DNA from: Ostrea edulis
Taxonomy: Eukaryota
NCBI RefSeq assembly: GCF_947568905.1
Contig: NC_079164.1
Coordinates: 67,084,001 to 67,148,000 of the forward strand
Length of the DNA: 64,000 nucleotides
Direction of reading: 5' to 3'
In this document: positions 23,891-36,700 of the stretch, piece after piece
How the letters are laid out: every line of letters starts with the position of its first letter
How positions within the stretch are numbered: position 1 is the stretch's first letter
Position numbers and translations under genes: made by a program
Notes under the pieces: model-generated
Seen by the model: only the letters and a program-made list of their open reading frames with translations
Told to the model about the DNA's origin: nothing
The model's database searches: none

Positions 23891-25390
23891 ATTACCTACA
23901 CCTGAAACACACATAATCACCTCACTTCACATCACCTACACCTGAAACCCAGATAATCATCTCACTTCACATTACCTACACCTGAAACCCAGATAATCAT
24001 CTCACTTCACATTACCTACACCTGAAACCTAGATAATCATCTCACTTCACATTACCTACACCTGAAACCTAGATAATCATCTCACTTCACATCACCCACA
24101 CCTGAAATCCAAATAATCATCTCACTTCACATTACCTACACTTAAAACCAAGATAATCATCTCACTTCACATTACCTACACCTGAAACCTAGATAATCAT
24201 CTTACTGCACATTACCCACACCTGAAACCCAGATAATCATCTCACTTCACATTACCTACACTTAAAACCAAGATAATCATCTCACTTCACATCAACTACA
24301 CCTGAAACCTAGATAATCATCTTACTGCACATTACCCACACCTGAAACTCAGATAATCATCTCACTTTCCATCATCCACACCTGAAACCTAGATAATCAT
24401 CTCACTTCACATCAACTACACCTGAAACCTAGATAATTATCTCACTTCACATTACCCACACCTGAAACCCAGATAATCATCTCACTTCACATTACCTACA
24501 CCTGAAACCAAGATAATTATCTCACTTCACATTACCTACACCTGAAACCTAGATAATCATCTCACTTCACATCACCTGCACCTGAAACCAAGATAATCAT
24601 TTCACTTCACATTACCTACACCTGAAACCTAGATAATCATCTCACTTCACATCACCCACACCTGAAACCAAGATAATCATCTCACTTCACATTACCTACA
24701 CTTAAAACCTAGATAATCATCTCACTTCACATCACCTGCACCTGAAACCAAGATAATCATTTCACTTCACATTACCTACACCTGAAACCTAGATAATCAT
24801 CTCACTTCACATTACCAACACCTGAAACCAAGATAATCATCTCACTTCACATCACCTACACCTGAAACCAAGATAATTATCTCACTTCACATTACCCACA
24901 CCTGAAACCAAGATAATCATCTCACTTCACATCACCTGCACCTGAAACCTAGATAATCATCTCACTTCACATCACCTGCACCTGAAACCAAGATAATCAT
25001 CTCACTTCACATTACCTGCACCTGAAACCAAGATAATCATCTCACTTCACATCACCTGCACCTGAAACCAAGATAATCATTTCACTTCACATTACCTACA
25101 CCTGAAACCTAGATAATCATCTCACTTCACATTACCAACACCTGAAACCTAGATAATCATCTCACTTCACATCACCTGCACCTGAAACCAAGATAATCAT
25201 CTCACTTCACATTACCTGCACCTGAAACCAAGATAATCATCTCACTTCACATCAACTACACCTGAAACCTAGATAATCATTTCAATTCACTTACACCTGA
25301 AACCCAGATAATCATTTCAATTCACTTACACCTGAAACCCAGATAATTATATCACCTACACCTGAAACCCAAATAATCATCTCACTTCAT
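23891..25390. repeat. 40-bp satellite (CCTGAAACCTAGATAATCATCTCACTTCACATTACCTACA), about 37 copies
   Basis: Direct inspection. Confidence 0.97.
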
Positions 25391-25429
25391 TCTTTAATTG
25401 ATACACATTACCGGTATATAAAACTCAGA

Positions 25430-25677
25430 TACTGTAGGTATATAAAACTCAGATACTTTAGATTAATAAATATACGAGGGGAATTTATTATCGCATAATT
25501 TCACAAGAAGCATCACTTGCAAAATAAAATTTATATTCTCTTTCACTTTTATGTTGCCAAAATACATGTAAAAACTCTAAATCAAGAGACCACTCGCAAA
25601 TTCATGTTGTTGTGATTTCATGTCTACGAGTCACTTCACAATATTACATACTCACATCAAATAAGGACTCTACAGTA
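25430..25677. mobile_element. TA-flanked MITE remnant
   Basis: TACTGTAG...CTACAGTA termini only. Confidence 0.4.
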
Positions 25678-25882
25678 ATCATCACACTTCATTCTTTAAT
25701 TGATACTCAGGAAAACTATCATTTTTTTTAAATAGTTTTATTGCTGTCTTTACTAAAGTTAAATAACACAGTATGTTTGGTGCCTAATGATGAATAGGAT
25801 GATGTGAAAGTTCACGAGAATCTCCTTCACTATTTCCACTGCCCATTATTCAGTCGATGGGCAGCTTACGTTGTGACTCCTG

Positions 25883-26013
25883 TCATACGTCACCATTGAG
25901 GTCCTGGAGGGGTATAATTCGGCGCGGAGAATTAAGGACACGCCTCCCGGTGCGCTTAGTGGGTATAATGTCCGAATCATCCGATTCTTCACCCTCACCT
26001 GTTCCCTGAGTAC
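25883..26013 (-). CDS. NCAPD2: NCAPD2 putative terminal coding exon 31
   Basis: CTGTTTTTGGCAG acceptor; in phase 1 reads GTQGTGEGEESDDSDIIPTKRTGRRVLNSPRRIIPLQDLNGDV*; AATAAA at 25742-25737. Confidence 0.6.
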
Positions 26014-29000
26014 CTGCCAAAAACAGATTTCAATGACTGGAATGACAGCTTTTCTGACAACAGTGAAATATTCAATTTTTGATAATGCATAACAGTTCAT
26101 TAATCATTTGCAACATACATGTAAATTAGAGACATTTGGGTAAATTACTGATAATGGAAATGAGTACTGTAGGCATAAATATCAATCAGAGTAATTATTA
26201 TTTTGTTTTCATCCCTTTATATAATCTCAAATGCAATACATTGTACTTGATTCTACCATGCATTCAGTTTGCTAATTATGCAAGACAAAATACAACACAC
26301 ACACACATAATTCATTCAGTTAATAACATCCATGTTTAGTAAACATTTAGTGAACACCTGTATCTATAGTCTCATTCTGACACATGTGAATATTCTTCAC
26401 AGTCCTCTCTGTTTTTTCTAACTATTGGAAGGTGAATGTGGTTTTGTCTGGAACACACATTTAATGTTCCTGCATTCTATTAATAACTTGGATAATATGA
26501 TTAATTGTTTGTTTTTTTTATTTATTTTTGGGGTTTTTTTTAACTTATCATTTTCAAAGCAGAGGTTTAAAAAAAAAATTGAATTTTATCAAATATTATA
26601 ATTATAAGTTTTATATTCTCTCACTAGTTTTTTGGCACCACACACATCACTAGAATTACTGCTGCCTCACACCCCTTTTCCATTTTTGCAGGTATTCAAG
26701 AAGGTTGGTTAATATTTCAGAACAAAAAATTTGATATACCCTCCCCCTTTTCTGTAAGTTTAGTTTTTCTGTTGTCAAGTTGTTTTTTCTTTTCAGATAT
26801 CATTAGCTGTCAGCATACCTGCACAACTTGTCACAGCGGTATTTAATTTGGAGTCACGGTGGAATGGTGCAAGGTGAAATATCGCTACCCTCAAGTTAGA
26901 TGTAGAATTGTGATGTTGACTGTTTATACGTGGATGTTGATTTACTAATTTTCATTTCAAATAGACAATTTAAAGACCTAGGGTTAAAAGTTAGATACAG
27001 TTCTGAATACAACATATTTTGTGTTGGTAGCATGATTGCGATTAACCCAGCATGCTACTTTTCATTATGAACAACATATATGTTGTTGGGGTGAGCCCTA
27101 ATGTTTGGCAACCCCATAGTTTATAAGGTTGTATATACATGTATGTTGTTTCTGACCACTGTGGCCAATATCTGTCAAACAATAAATTCCAAAACTCTTA
27201 CACGTTGTGTTTCAATTCATAGAATTGATGAAAAGACAAGTACATTACAATTACAGGACAATGTGGCCATGCTGGATTTTATCAAACTCTCTAGCGCTAC
27301 ATGTTCTCTTTTTTCATTATATCAATTTTCCTTCATTGAATATATTGTGCCATAAATGTTTGAAGTTTTAAGATACTAGGGAAAGGATAAAAATTGTCTG
27401 AATAGTTTGTTCAGAGGGTGTGTCCCCATACCAAGTCAAGCTGTACAAAATAATAGTTATTGTATTCATTAGTTATTTCTGTATTTGGATGAAGGCTAGT
27501 AACAAGTACACAGCATGAGTCTCCACCCTTTATCTAAATAAATCAAAATGCATAAAAATAAATATTCATTAACTTACTTGTATCCTGACCAATTAAAAAA
27601 TAGAATTATTGTTGTGGTCATTGCAATTTTTTTTATTACCCCCAATGAAACATCTAATTTTTGTCAGTTGACGTTACCTTTCCTTGTCTCCCACCACATT
27701 ACTAGTAAGAAGCGTACAAATTCCCTGAATCTTGCTGAGAGAGGATGTGTGAGCACGAGTTCCCAATAATAGACATTGGGGATTTGTAAACATAATGTAG
27801 ACTTTTGATCAACTAAGGACTTTCATGTTAACATAGGTGTGTGATGAAATCGAAATGAATCTAATTTAAATGATATGATGGACATCTCGGATATTGACTT
27901 GAAGTAGGACATACTGAGATTGAATAAGGGAACATTTTGATTTGAATTTGAGGATTTTGTGTTTTGTCAATGTCCAGGATATCCAGGAATATACGTGTTG
28001 AACTGTTTGATAAACACAGATTCTCCCAAGAGTGAGCATTTGTAACGATACTAAGTAGACAGTTGAGAAGACATTGAATAGAAGGAGATTTAGTAAATGA
28101 TTCATTGATACAGATGAAATGTTATTACATGTACATATCTTGATCCATTAAAATTTAAGTATTAAACTTAATGTTTTTCTACAAAATTGGTTGAAAGTGA
28201 ACAGTTTGATGAAAGAAAATATTAAGGCTCTCATATATTTTCATCAGTTTGCTAAGTATTAATTCTCAAACTTCAAAAAGTTCTTTAGTTCAAAAGTTAT
28301 TAGAAAGGTTAAAGTTTCACATATAATGATGGAAATAAAGTGCCAGACAGGACAAAAACAGTACCCCCCCCCCCCCCCCCCCAAATCTTCCATCTCAGGG
28401 GTTTAGAATGAACCAAGAATAAATGATGTCGACATATTCCCATCAGTGTTACACCTTCTACCTCACTCACTGCTTGACTATAACAGATTCCATTTACTTT
28501 ATAAAAATTCAAAGAGTGAACAGCGAATCACCTAAATTTGATTAATTCTTTGACTAGAAACAAAAGAACCTTGAGCTACAACAAACTAGACTGAGAATAA
28601 AGTACATTGTCAAGTGTGAAATTTGCTTATTAAATACTTCATCCTCATCAAACACTTCTAATGGGTTAAAACAGTCTCTGAATAAACTTTGTAGTAGCAG
28701 ATGGCTATCTGATTTGTAGTAGCAGATGGCAATTATTAAAATCTTTATCATTTTTATTATACACCCCCCCCCCCCAACTTTAGGTTCACAAATTCACTTT
28801 GATAAAAAAAAATGTTTATCTGGTGTCCTTTAACATTGAATTTTTTATTCTTAGGAACTGTACGAATTAGAGTTATTGAATTATCAATATGGAAAATGTC
28901 ATTGCTATTGTGCATTCTCAAGGTGAGATTTTTTTTAATTTTTTTTTTTTAACGTTGATTGGTTTTGTTATCTACCTGATAACAAAGCAAGATTATTTCA

Positions 29001-32000
29001 AGTTGTTAAATAAGATAGGAAATGTGATATCATACCATATTGCACCAATCTAAGCATAAATCTAACATCATAAAATATGAAAACTGTGTTATACAAAGCA
29101 AGCTTATTTCAGCAAGACTTTGTAAAACATAAAAAAAAATCAAATCATGGTGGGTGTTTTTTTTGTTTACACCAGAACTGATGCTGCAGGCATAAAATCA
29201 CACAGTTCTGGAATATGGAGACAGCTGTGTTTTCTCATAAAATCTCAATTTTCATGAATTAACCACAAAGTTGATAAACCATAACTTCTCTCTGACACAA
29301 ACTTTTTAAAAATAAGTATTCAGGATAAATCTAAATTACCTTTCATTATATATTGACCTGGCCTAGCACAGGCATGAGTACAGAAATTAACAATGAAGTC
29401 AAATACTGAATTTGACAAAGATGATTTAATATATCATATTCCCATAAACACACTACGTTTCACTTTAGTGCTGGTGGTGGGGATTTATATAGAGTACCCC
29501 CCACCCCCGTGTAATATCATACGATTAATGCCAAATCAATTCTACGAGTTCTAAAGCTTGAGCAGGGTCACAGTAAGTGTTTAAAATTTTACACAGATTT
29601 TTTATTAAAGAATCAAAAGTATACAATTTGTCAAATTGATTTGTAAACTTGCTCACCTAGTGTAAATTCAAGTTCGTTTCAAAATTACAAGGCAATAATA
29701 TGAGGGCTGTGCGATATGTAATGTGTATTGTATGATATCTCAAAAGCATTCGACTAAAATAGTGAAATGAACATTAAATCCCTTCGAAGTATTCTCCGTG
29801 GTTTGAAATACATAATTTCAAACTCTGAATCCATTTTTGAAATGCGTCATGGTACACTGATTTAGGTAGACCTCTGAGGCACCGACTGATGGCTGAGCCA
29901 AGGGCTTGTCGGGACTTGTAACAGGGTTCGAAATTACCTCATGTCCGTAAGTCCGAGACTAGTAAAAAACGTGTCGGACTAGTAAACTCTCTATAGCACT
30001 AGTCCGTGCGGACTAGTGAAAATACGGAAATCAATCTTGAATTGGTTAAGAGTTTAGCAAGATTTGTCCGAGTCCCTTAGATGTTTGAACTTATGGTCAA
30101 TAAACTGCATGGTTAAGTGTTTGCGTGACAATGACTCCTGTTCTTCCAAACACATGGAGTGCGTTCGATACCGCCATTCTTCGCATGAGCACAAATTTCA
30201 GCCGTTTCCGAATGCCGAGTACACATCACGAGAACGGGTTCGATGTGCAAGAACTGCAAGTAGTGTGGTCAAAGAACATGCACGTTTGTGCGCACATGAT
30301 CTCGTCATTCGTGACTCCAACACAGGAGTTTGTAACACTACAGCTCGTTTGGTCAATCAAGTGAATTTTATTGACTTAATTGATAAAATTTCGAACTCCT
30401 GTGACTCTAAGAACTGAGCACAAAAACAATGGGAATGTCGATCTCGAACGCACTTATGGACGTTTATAAAAGGATTAACTCAAGAGGTTACTGTATATTT
30501 CTGAAGATCTTGAATGCACAATAAAGTATGGTGGTCATTTTTCTTCTGTAGGTGTCATAAACTGAATTGCTGGAACTGTGATGTGTTTGGTTTGATTAAA
30601 TACTATTGAATAAAATGAAGATCATTTAATATGATATACTGGACGGACTAGTGAAATGCTTTGCGGACTAGTAAACATCAATAGTCACTAGTCCGTACAG
30701 ATTAGTGCTTGAAAAAGTTAATTTTGAACCCTGTGTAATGACGACTAGATAAGAACAGGTTCACACTCATGTGCCAAAGTGTGATGGTGTGATACAAATG
30801 CGATATAGTGCGATAGTGTCGACACCATAAAGTCCGATGGTGCATACTAGTGCACCAAAGTGCTATGGAGTGACACGCCAAAGTCCGTTGGTTTGTAAAC
30901 AACGCAATGTTATGGTACAAGCTGTACCAACCGTGTGTTGTTTCACCAAAATATCAGTGCAAAATCCATGCACAAGAAATAAGGATAAGAGCTTATTTCA
31001 ATACAAATTTTCCAACGTGAAATCATATAGAATGTTTTGCATTATAGCAATACTCCCCGGAATTTATTACATGTACATCACAAGTAATAAATAATCATGA
31101 ATTAAAGAATGTTTGGGCGAAGTAGACATTTCGACAACAAATGTACTTTGCCAATCACCCCTGCCTTCCTCCAATATATCCCGAAGAAGTTGGTGTCAGC
31201 ACTGCAGCAGAAAGAACTTTCGTTAGTCCAAACTGACGTTACATTTCTTGGGTTTCAGTTTGAAAGATGTTAAGAATGACGTCACAAACGTTACTGAACC
31301 CCGTACCATCGGACTTTGGCATGACCATTGCACTTTAGCATCCGTAACGTTAACAAACCATCGCACTTTGGCATGACCATAACACTTCCTACACACACAC
31401 ACACACACACATGTATTTTGATGAGAGTAAATACGAAGTAATTATCATGAAGAAACTACTTTCAATTCATATTATCTCCTCTATCCCATCCTTGCCTCTC
31501 TCTCTCATCACCCCCTCCCCTGTCTCTTTCTTTCATCACCCCCTCCCTCGTCTCTCTCTCTCATCACCCCCTCCCCTGTCTCTCTCATCACCCCCATCCC
31601 CTGTCTCTCTCTCATCACCCCCTCCCCATCTCTCTCTCTCATCACCCCTTCCCCGTCTCTCTCTCTCATCACCCCCTCCCCGTCTCTCTCTCTCATCACC
31701 CTCTCCCCCGTCTCTCTGCTCTCATCACCCCCTCCCCGTCTCTCTCTCATCACCCCTTCCCCGTCTCTCTCTCTCATCACCCTCTCCCCCATCTCTCTGC
31801 TCTCATCACCCCCTCCTCCATCTCTCTCTCCCATCACCCCTTCCTCTGTATCTATCTCTCATCACCCCCTCCCCTTCTCTCATCACCCCCTCCTCCTCCT
31901 CTCATCACCCTCTCCCCCATCTCTCTGCTCTCATCACCCTCTCCCCCGTCTCTGCTCGCATCACCCCCTCCTCCTCCTCTCATCATCCCCTCCCCTTCTC

Positions 32001-33418
32001 TCATCACCCTCTCCCCCGTCTCTCTCTCTCATCACCCTCTCCCCCTCCTCCTCCTCTCATCACCCCCTTCTCCTCCTCTTATCACCCTAAGCTGTAACAC
32101 TCACCTATACGAACAGAAGCAATGCTATATCCCCTTCGCAAATAGTTGTGCGAGGGATAAAAATTGGTAAACTATTGACATTGAAAATCGATATTCACGT
32201 TGAAAAAGTTTATATTTTCCTTAGATAATCAAATATTCATATGTTGTCAAGGGCAATAACTCCTATGCTGGTATTTCCTCTATTATACAATATTTTCCCT
32301 AATATCCACAATCAATTTATACATATTTATAAATTAGCAGTTTTTCTAAACTGTTGACATTAAAAATCTGTCAGTTTGACAAGTTTTTAAATATTTTTAT
32401 AATTCTGTTTAACATAAATGTGTGATTTTTCATGTTCGGTTTTTGAACATCTGATATCTTAAAAAAAGGTGGAAACATACACATTTTCTTTGGTTATTAA
32501 TTAAACTAAATTGAGTAGAAATTATAGTTTTTCCACTTTCAACCATTAATATCGATAAATCATATGAGGGTGGAACTACCTTAAATTACTACAGGTTTTA
32601 TGTAATGAGTTTGAAGTAAAACTCACAATGACTATGCATTTAATTGCCTGCTTTCCCCTAAGACTGTATACATGTAGCGTCTATGAACCTGACAGAAATT
32701 TTTACTTTTAGATTATATACATGTAAATGCAATGCATATGAACTTGAAGGAATTTTTTTTTTTTCAAAGTTGTATACATGTACAAAATGTAGTATTTATG
32801 AACTTGACAGAAGAAAGTTTCACTTTAACGTATTTTTGTATACTTGCAATGTTTATAAAGTTGTTGGAAGTTTAAAAGAGTTAATCAAATCAATGTAGTG
32901 CAACTCTGGGGAATTTACAAGCAGTGACATCAAACTTACATGCAGTACTGAAGTGATGCAATTAAATAATCTAGATATAAATCAGCCAATAACTGTGTCC
33001 GGGAAAGGTATATGTGATTGGCCACAAATACAACAACAAAAAATTCTCTAGATATGAAAAATTCTTTACAGAAAAAGGAAACAACCTGCATCAAAACCGT
33101 TATAAATCCCTACCCAATATAAATCAAAGAAGGGGTACACAAACTGAAGTATAACCACACCACAGGGTATCATTCAGTGAAAACTAGTATTATTATAACA
33201 CTAATATTGTAAGACATTATCAGTTACTATGATGACCTTAACCTTTCATTTTAAATCAAAATGCTCCTTCCCCATTTTTTTCTCAGTTGCAATTCTGAGG
33301 TTGAGAACTCAAAGTGTATTTTCAATACTGTGTCCATAACTATGCCAATTACAAACTACATGATATACATGTCTGACAGGGTTGGAAATTACCTAATGTC
33401 TGCAAGTCCGAGATTAGT

Positions 33419-33449
<31 letters not shown>

Positions 33450-33691
33450 TTGAGCAACCTTGGCCCACATTCAAAGATTTTCCCTATATATTCGCATGCA
33501 AAACTTTGATTCCCTATTGTGGCTCCATCCTACCCCTGGGGCCCATGATTTTAACAAACTTGAATTTGCACTATGTCAGGAAGATAACATGTAAATTTTT
33601 AACTTTTCTGGCCGAGTGGTTCTGAAGATTTTTAAATGATTCCACCCTATTTTTGCATTCTGGTGATTATCACCCCTTGGAAGGGGGCATA

Positions 33692-33734
<43 letters not shown>

Positions 33735-36700
33735 ATTTGTTATAAGTTTGGTTGAAATTGGCTAAGTGGTTTTGAAGAAGAAGATGAAAATGTAGAAAGT
33801 TTACAATGATGCCAACAACACAATGGAAAGTTCTCATCAGAAATGCTAAAAACATGTCAAACTAGTAAACTCTCTATGACATTAGTCTGCATGGACTAGC
33901 AAAAATCTGGATATCAATCTTGAACTGGTTAAGATCCAAGTCTCTTAGATGTTTGAAATTATGGTTGAATACCTGCATGGTTAAGCATTTACGTGATAAT
34001 GACAAGCTGACCTTCCAAACATTGGTGGTTATAAAAGGGTTACACAAGTCTCTTAGAAGTTATTGTATGCTTCTATTAAAGAAAATTTTAAAAAGTATGG
34101 TGTAGGTGTTAGAAAATTTGTTTGCAACCGTGAATTGTTTAGTTTGATTAAAACGTGTACCATTGAATAAAAAATGAATTTATGTTTATCATATGATAAC
34201 AGTGGACGGACTAGTGAAATGCTTTGCTGACTACTGAACATTAATTTCGAATCTTGTACGATATTAATTAAATTTTCACTCCCGATCTAGCCATCTCTGT
34301 ACCCAGCATAAAATGCATTGATATCCATCATGCAATTGCTGATGAAGCATGACCAATGACTTTTTAACCCAGAAATAAATAGACATCTTCCTCTCTTAAA
34401 CCACCTGTATGAGACTGAAGTTTGAAATGGGACTCTTGAAATACATATAGAATCCATAATATTGTTACTGAACATTTGATTACTGACAGTGACCTTTTTA
34501 CAAGCAGTAGAGGAGGTGGTGTTTTAATTGGAGTAGGTCTTAACACTGATGGACACTCCACTCCACACAGCTATAGTGGTTGACTTTTCATTTGTAAAGT
34601 GTTTCAGCACAGAGAACTGCAATTAATCACCTTTACATTTTCATCACCCCAATCCTGTCTAGGACTTTCAAATACTATTTCAGCAGGCAAATTAAAACTA
34701 CTTTGAAGGTGATAGTGGTAACACATACAGAAGCTTTACCTTTATGTATTATTGTGTAAACAGTCTGCTTACAAAAGAAACCACATTAATCTCCATTATA
34801 CGGACAAATCTTGAACATTTAAAGCACAGTCTCATATATACTGCATCATTGCACAACCAGAAGATTCAGTGTTTGGTGGATGTAACAGAGTGATACTCAC
34901 ATACCTTGGGAAGATTTATCGAGGTCAAACAGCTCTATTTCACTGTCGGAGTCCGAATCAAAGGAAACTTTGGGTTTCTGTTGTTTCTGTCGCCTCTGGG
35001 TGCGCTGTTTCTGGGCAGGAGGTGTGATGTTCTCATCACCATCCACGCAATCATCATCACTGCTGCTGTCAATCTGTCGCCGCCCACCACACTTACCCCG
35101 AGCTGTAAAATACAATGCTATAAATGCAATACATAAGTGTATGTATTATCTACCAATCAACACATTATGTGTTTGCCAACAATCAACAACAAACAACTAA
35201 AACCATCCAAGTCAGACTGGCACATGTGTGAAGTATAGCGAATTCGGGTGAAAAGAGAAATCATTTCAGGCCGGAAACCATTTCCCTGTATCTAGTTAGT
35301 GTCCATTCACATGACCCCAAAATCAATAGGCATCGTCTACATCCCTTGGTGAGCCTGTGTGTGAAGTATGGCTACTCAAGATGAAAAGGGAACTCACCCA
35401 AGATTCAGAAAACAATCTGACTAAAGACAGATTGCTTCCAGTACTGAGGGCTGTATAATAAAGCCCACCTAATCTAAAATAGAAATCAATGTAAAACAAT
35501 TGCACATGCTGTCGTGTAACCTTAAATATTTAAAATATACCAAAGTTTTCAATTGTGGATTTTTTCAGGTGTTCAAGTTTAACATTGGTGTTTTCCGTTT
35601 GGGAGGAATATTTCATTGATTTGGTGCTAGTTCTGCCCTTGGCTTTACCTGGTGTTTTCCATTTGGGAGGAATATTTCATTGATTTGGTGCTAGGTCTGC
35701 CCTTGGCCTTACCTGTTGATTTCCCTTTGGCGGGGTTTTTGGATGATTCGGTCCTTGCTGTCTCCTTGGTTTTACCTGATGTTTTCCATTTGGTGATTGT
35801 TTTATACAATTTGATCGATTTGACCTTACCTAATGCATTTTCTTTGACCGAAGTTTTGGATATTTTGGTCCTAGATTTCCCTTTGACCTTACCTAATGCA
35901 TTTTCTTTGGCCGAAGTTTTGGATATTTTGGTCCTAGATTTCCCTTTGACCTTACCTAATGCATTTCCTTTGGCCAAAGTTTTGGATATTTTGGTCCTAG
36001 ATTTCCCTTTGACCTTACTGTACCTAATGCATTTCCTTTGGCCAAAGTTTTGAATATTTTGGTCCTAGATTTCCCTTTGACCTTACCTTATGTATTTCCT
36101 TTGGCAGGAGTTTTGGATATTTTGGTCCTAGATTTCCCTTTGACCTTACCTTATGTATTTCCTATGGCGGGAGTTTTGGTCCTCGATTTCCCTTTGACTT
36201 TACCTAGTGTATTTCCTTTGGCGGGAGTTTTGGACATTTTGGTCCTCGATTTCCCTTTGACCTTACCTAATGTATTTCCTTTGGCGGGAGTTTTGGACAT
36301 TTTGGTCCTCGATTTCCCCTTGGTCTGACTGACTGCCTGTGAAGCCTGACTGGCTTTCACTGCGATTTCTCCTTCCTCCAGACCTTTAGTGTGACACTGC
36401 TGCACCCTCTGCTCTAACTCGTCAATTAGTGTCTGAAAACAACAACCACAATCAAATCTATCATACATTAGTAACCATTGTATACGGTAATATAAGTCAT
36501 TCATTTATTGATATTACAACAGTACACCTTTCATATCCTTTAAGTTGTTATCAATATCATAGCAGTACACATAACATACATTGCATGCCAAATTTAACAA
36601 CCTATTACACGATAAGCCAGATTATTTCATTCCTTTCTAACCCTCTTTCTCCTCTTTAAATGAGTGCCTACTGGAGTGAATTAGCTGCAATAATGTAGCC

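Noticed and set aside
23891-25390. CRISPR-like array (here and at the other regular repeats)
   Set aside because: Units are head-to-tail with no unique spacers, there are no cas genes, and the context is eukaryotic.
30064-30417. ORF as the transposase of the surrounding TIR element
   Set aside because: No DDE, BED or dimerisation motifs are recognisable; too short.
31411-32097. 228-aa Pro/Ser/Leu/His-rich ORF
   Set aside because: Translation of a low-complexity CT satellite.
34364-34700. Nearer candidates for the NCAPD2 terminal exon
   Set aside because: Weak acceptors or mismatched phase and unnatural peptides compared with the 26013 exon; not excluded without cDNA.
35652-36328. Plus-strand repetitive hydrophobic ORFs
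   Set aside because: Antisense translations of the 63-bp exon 29 array.
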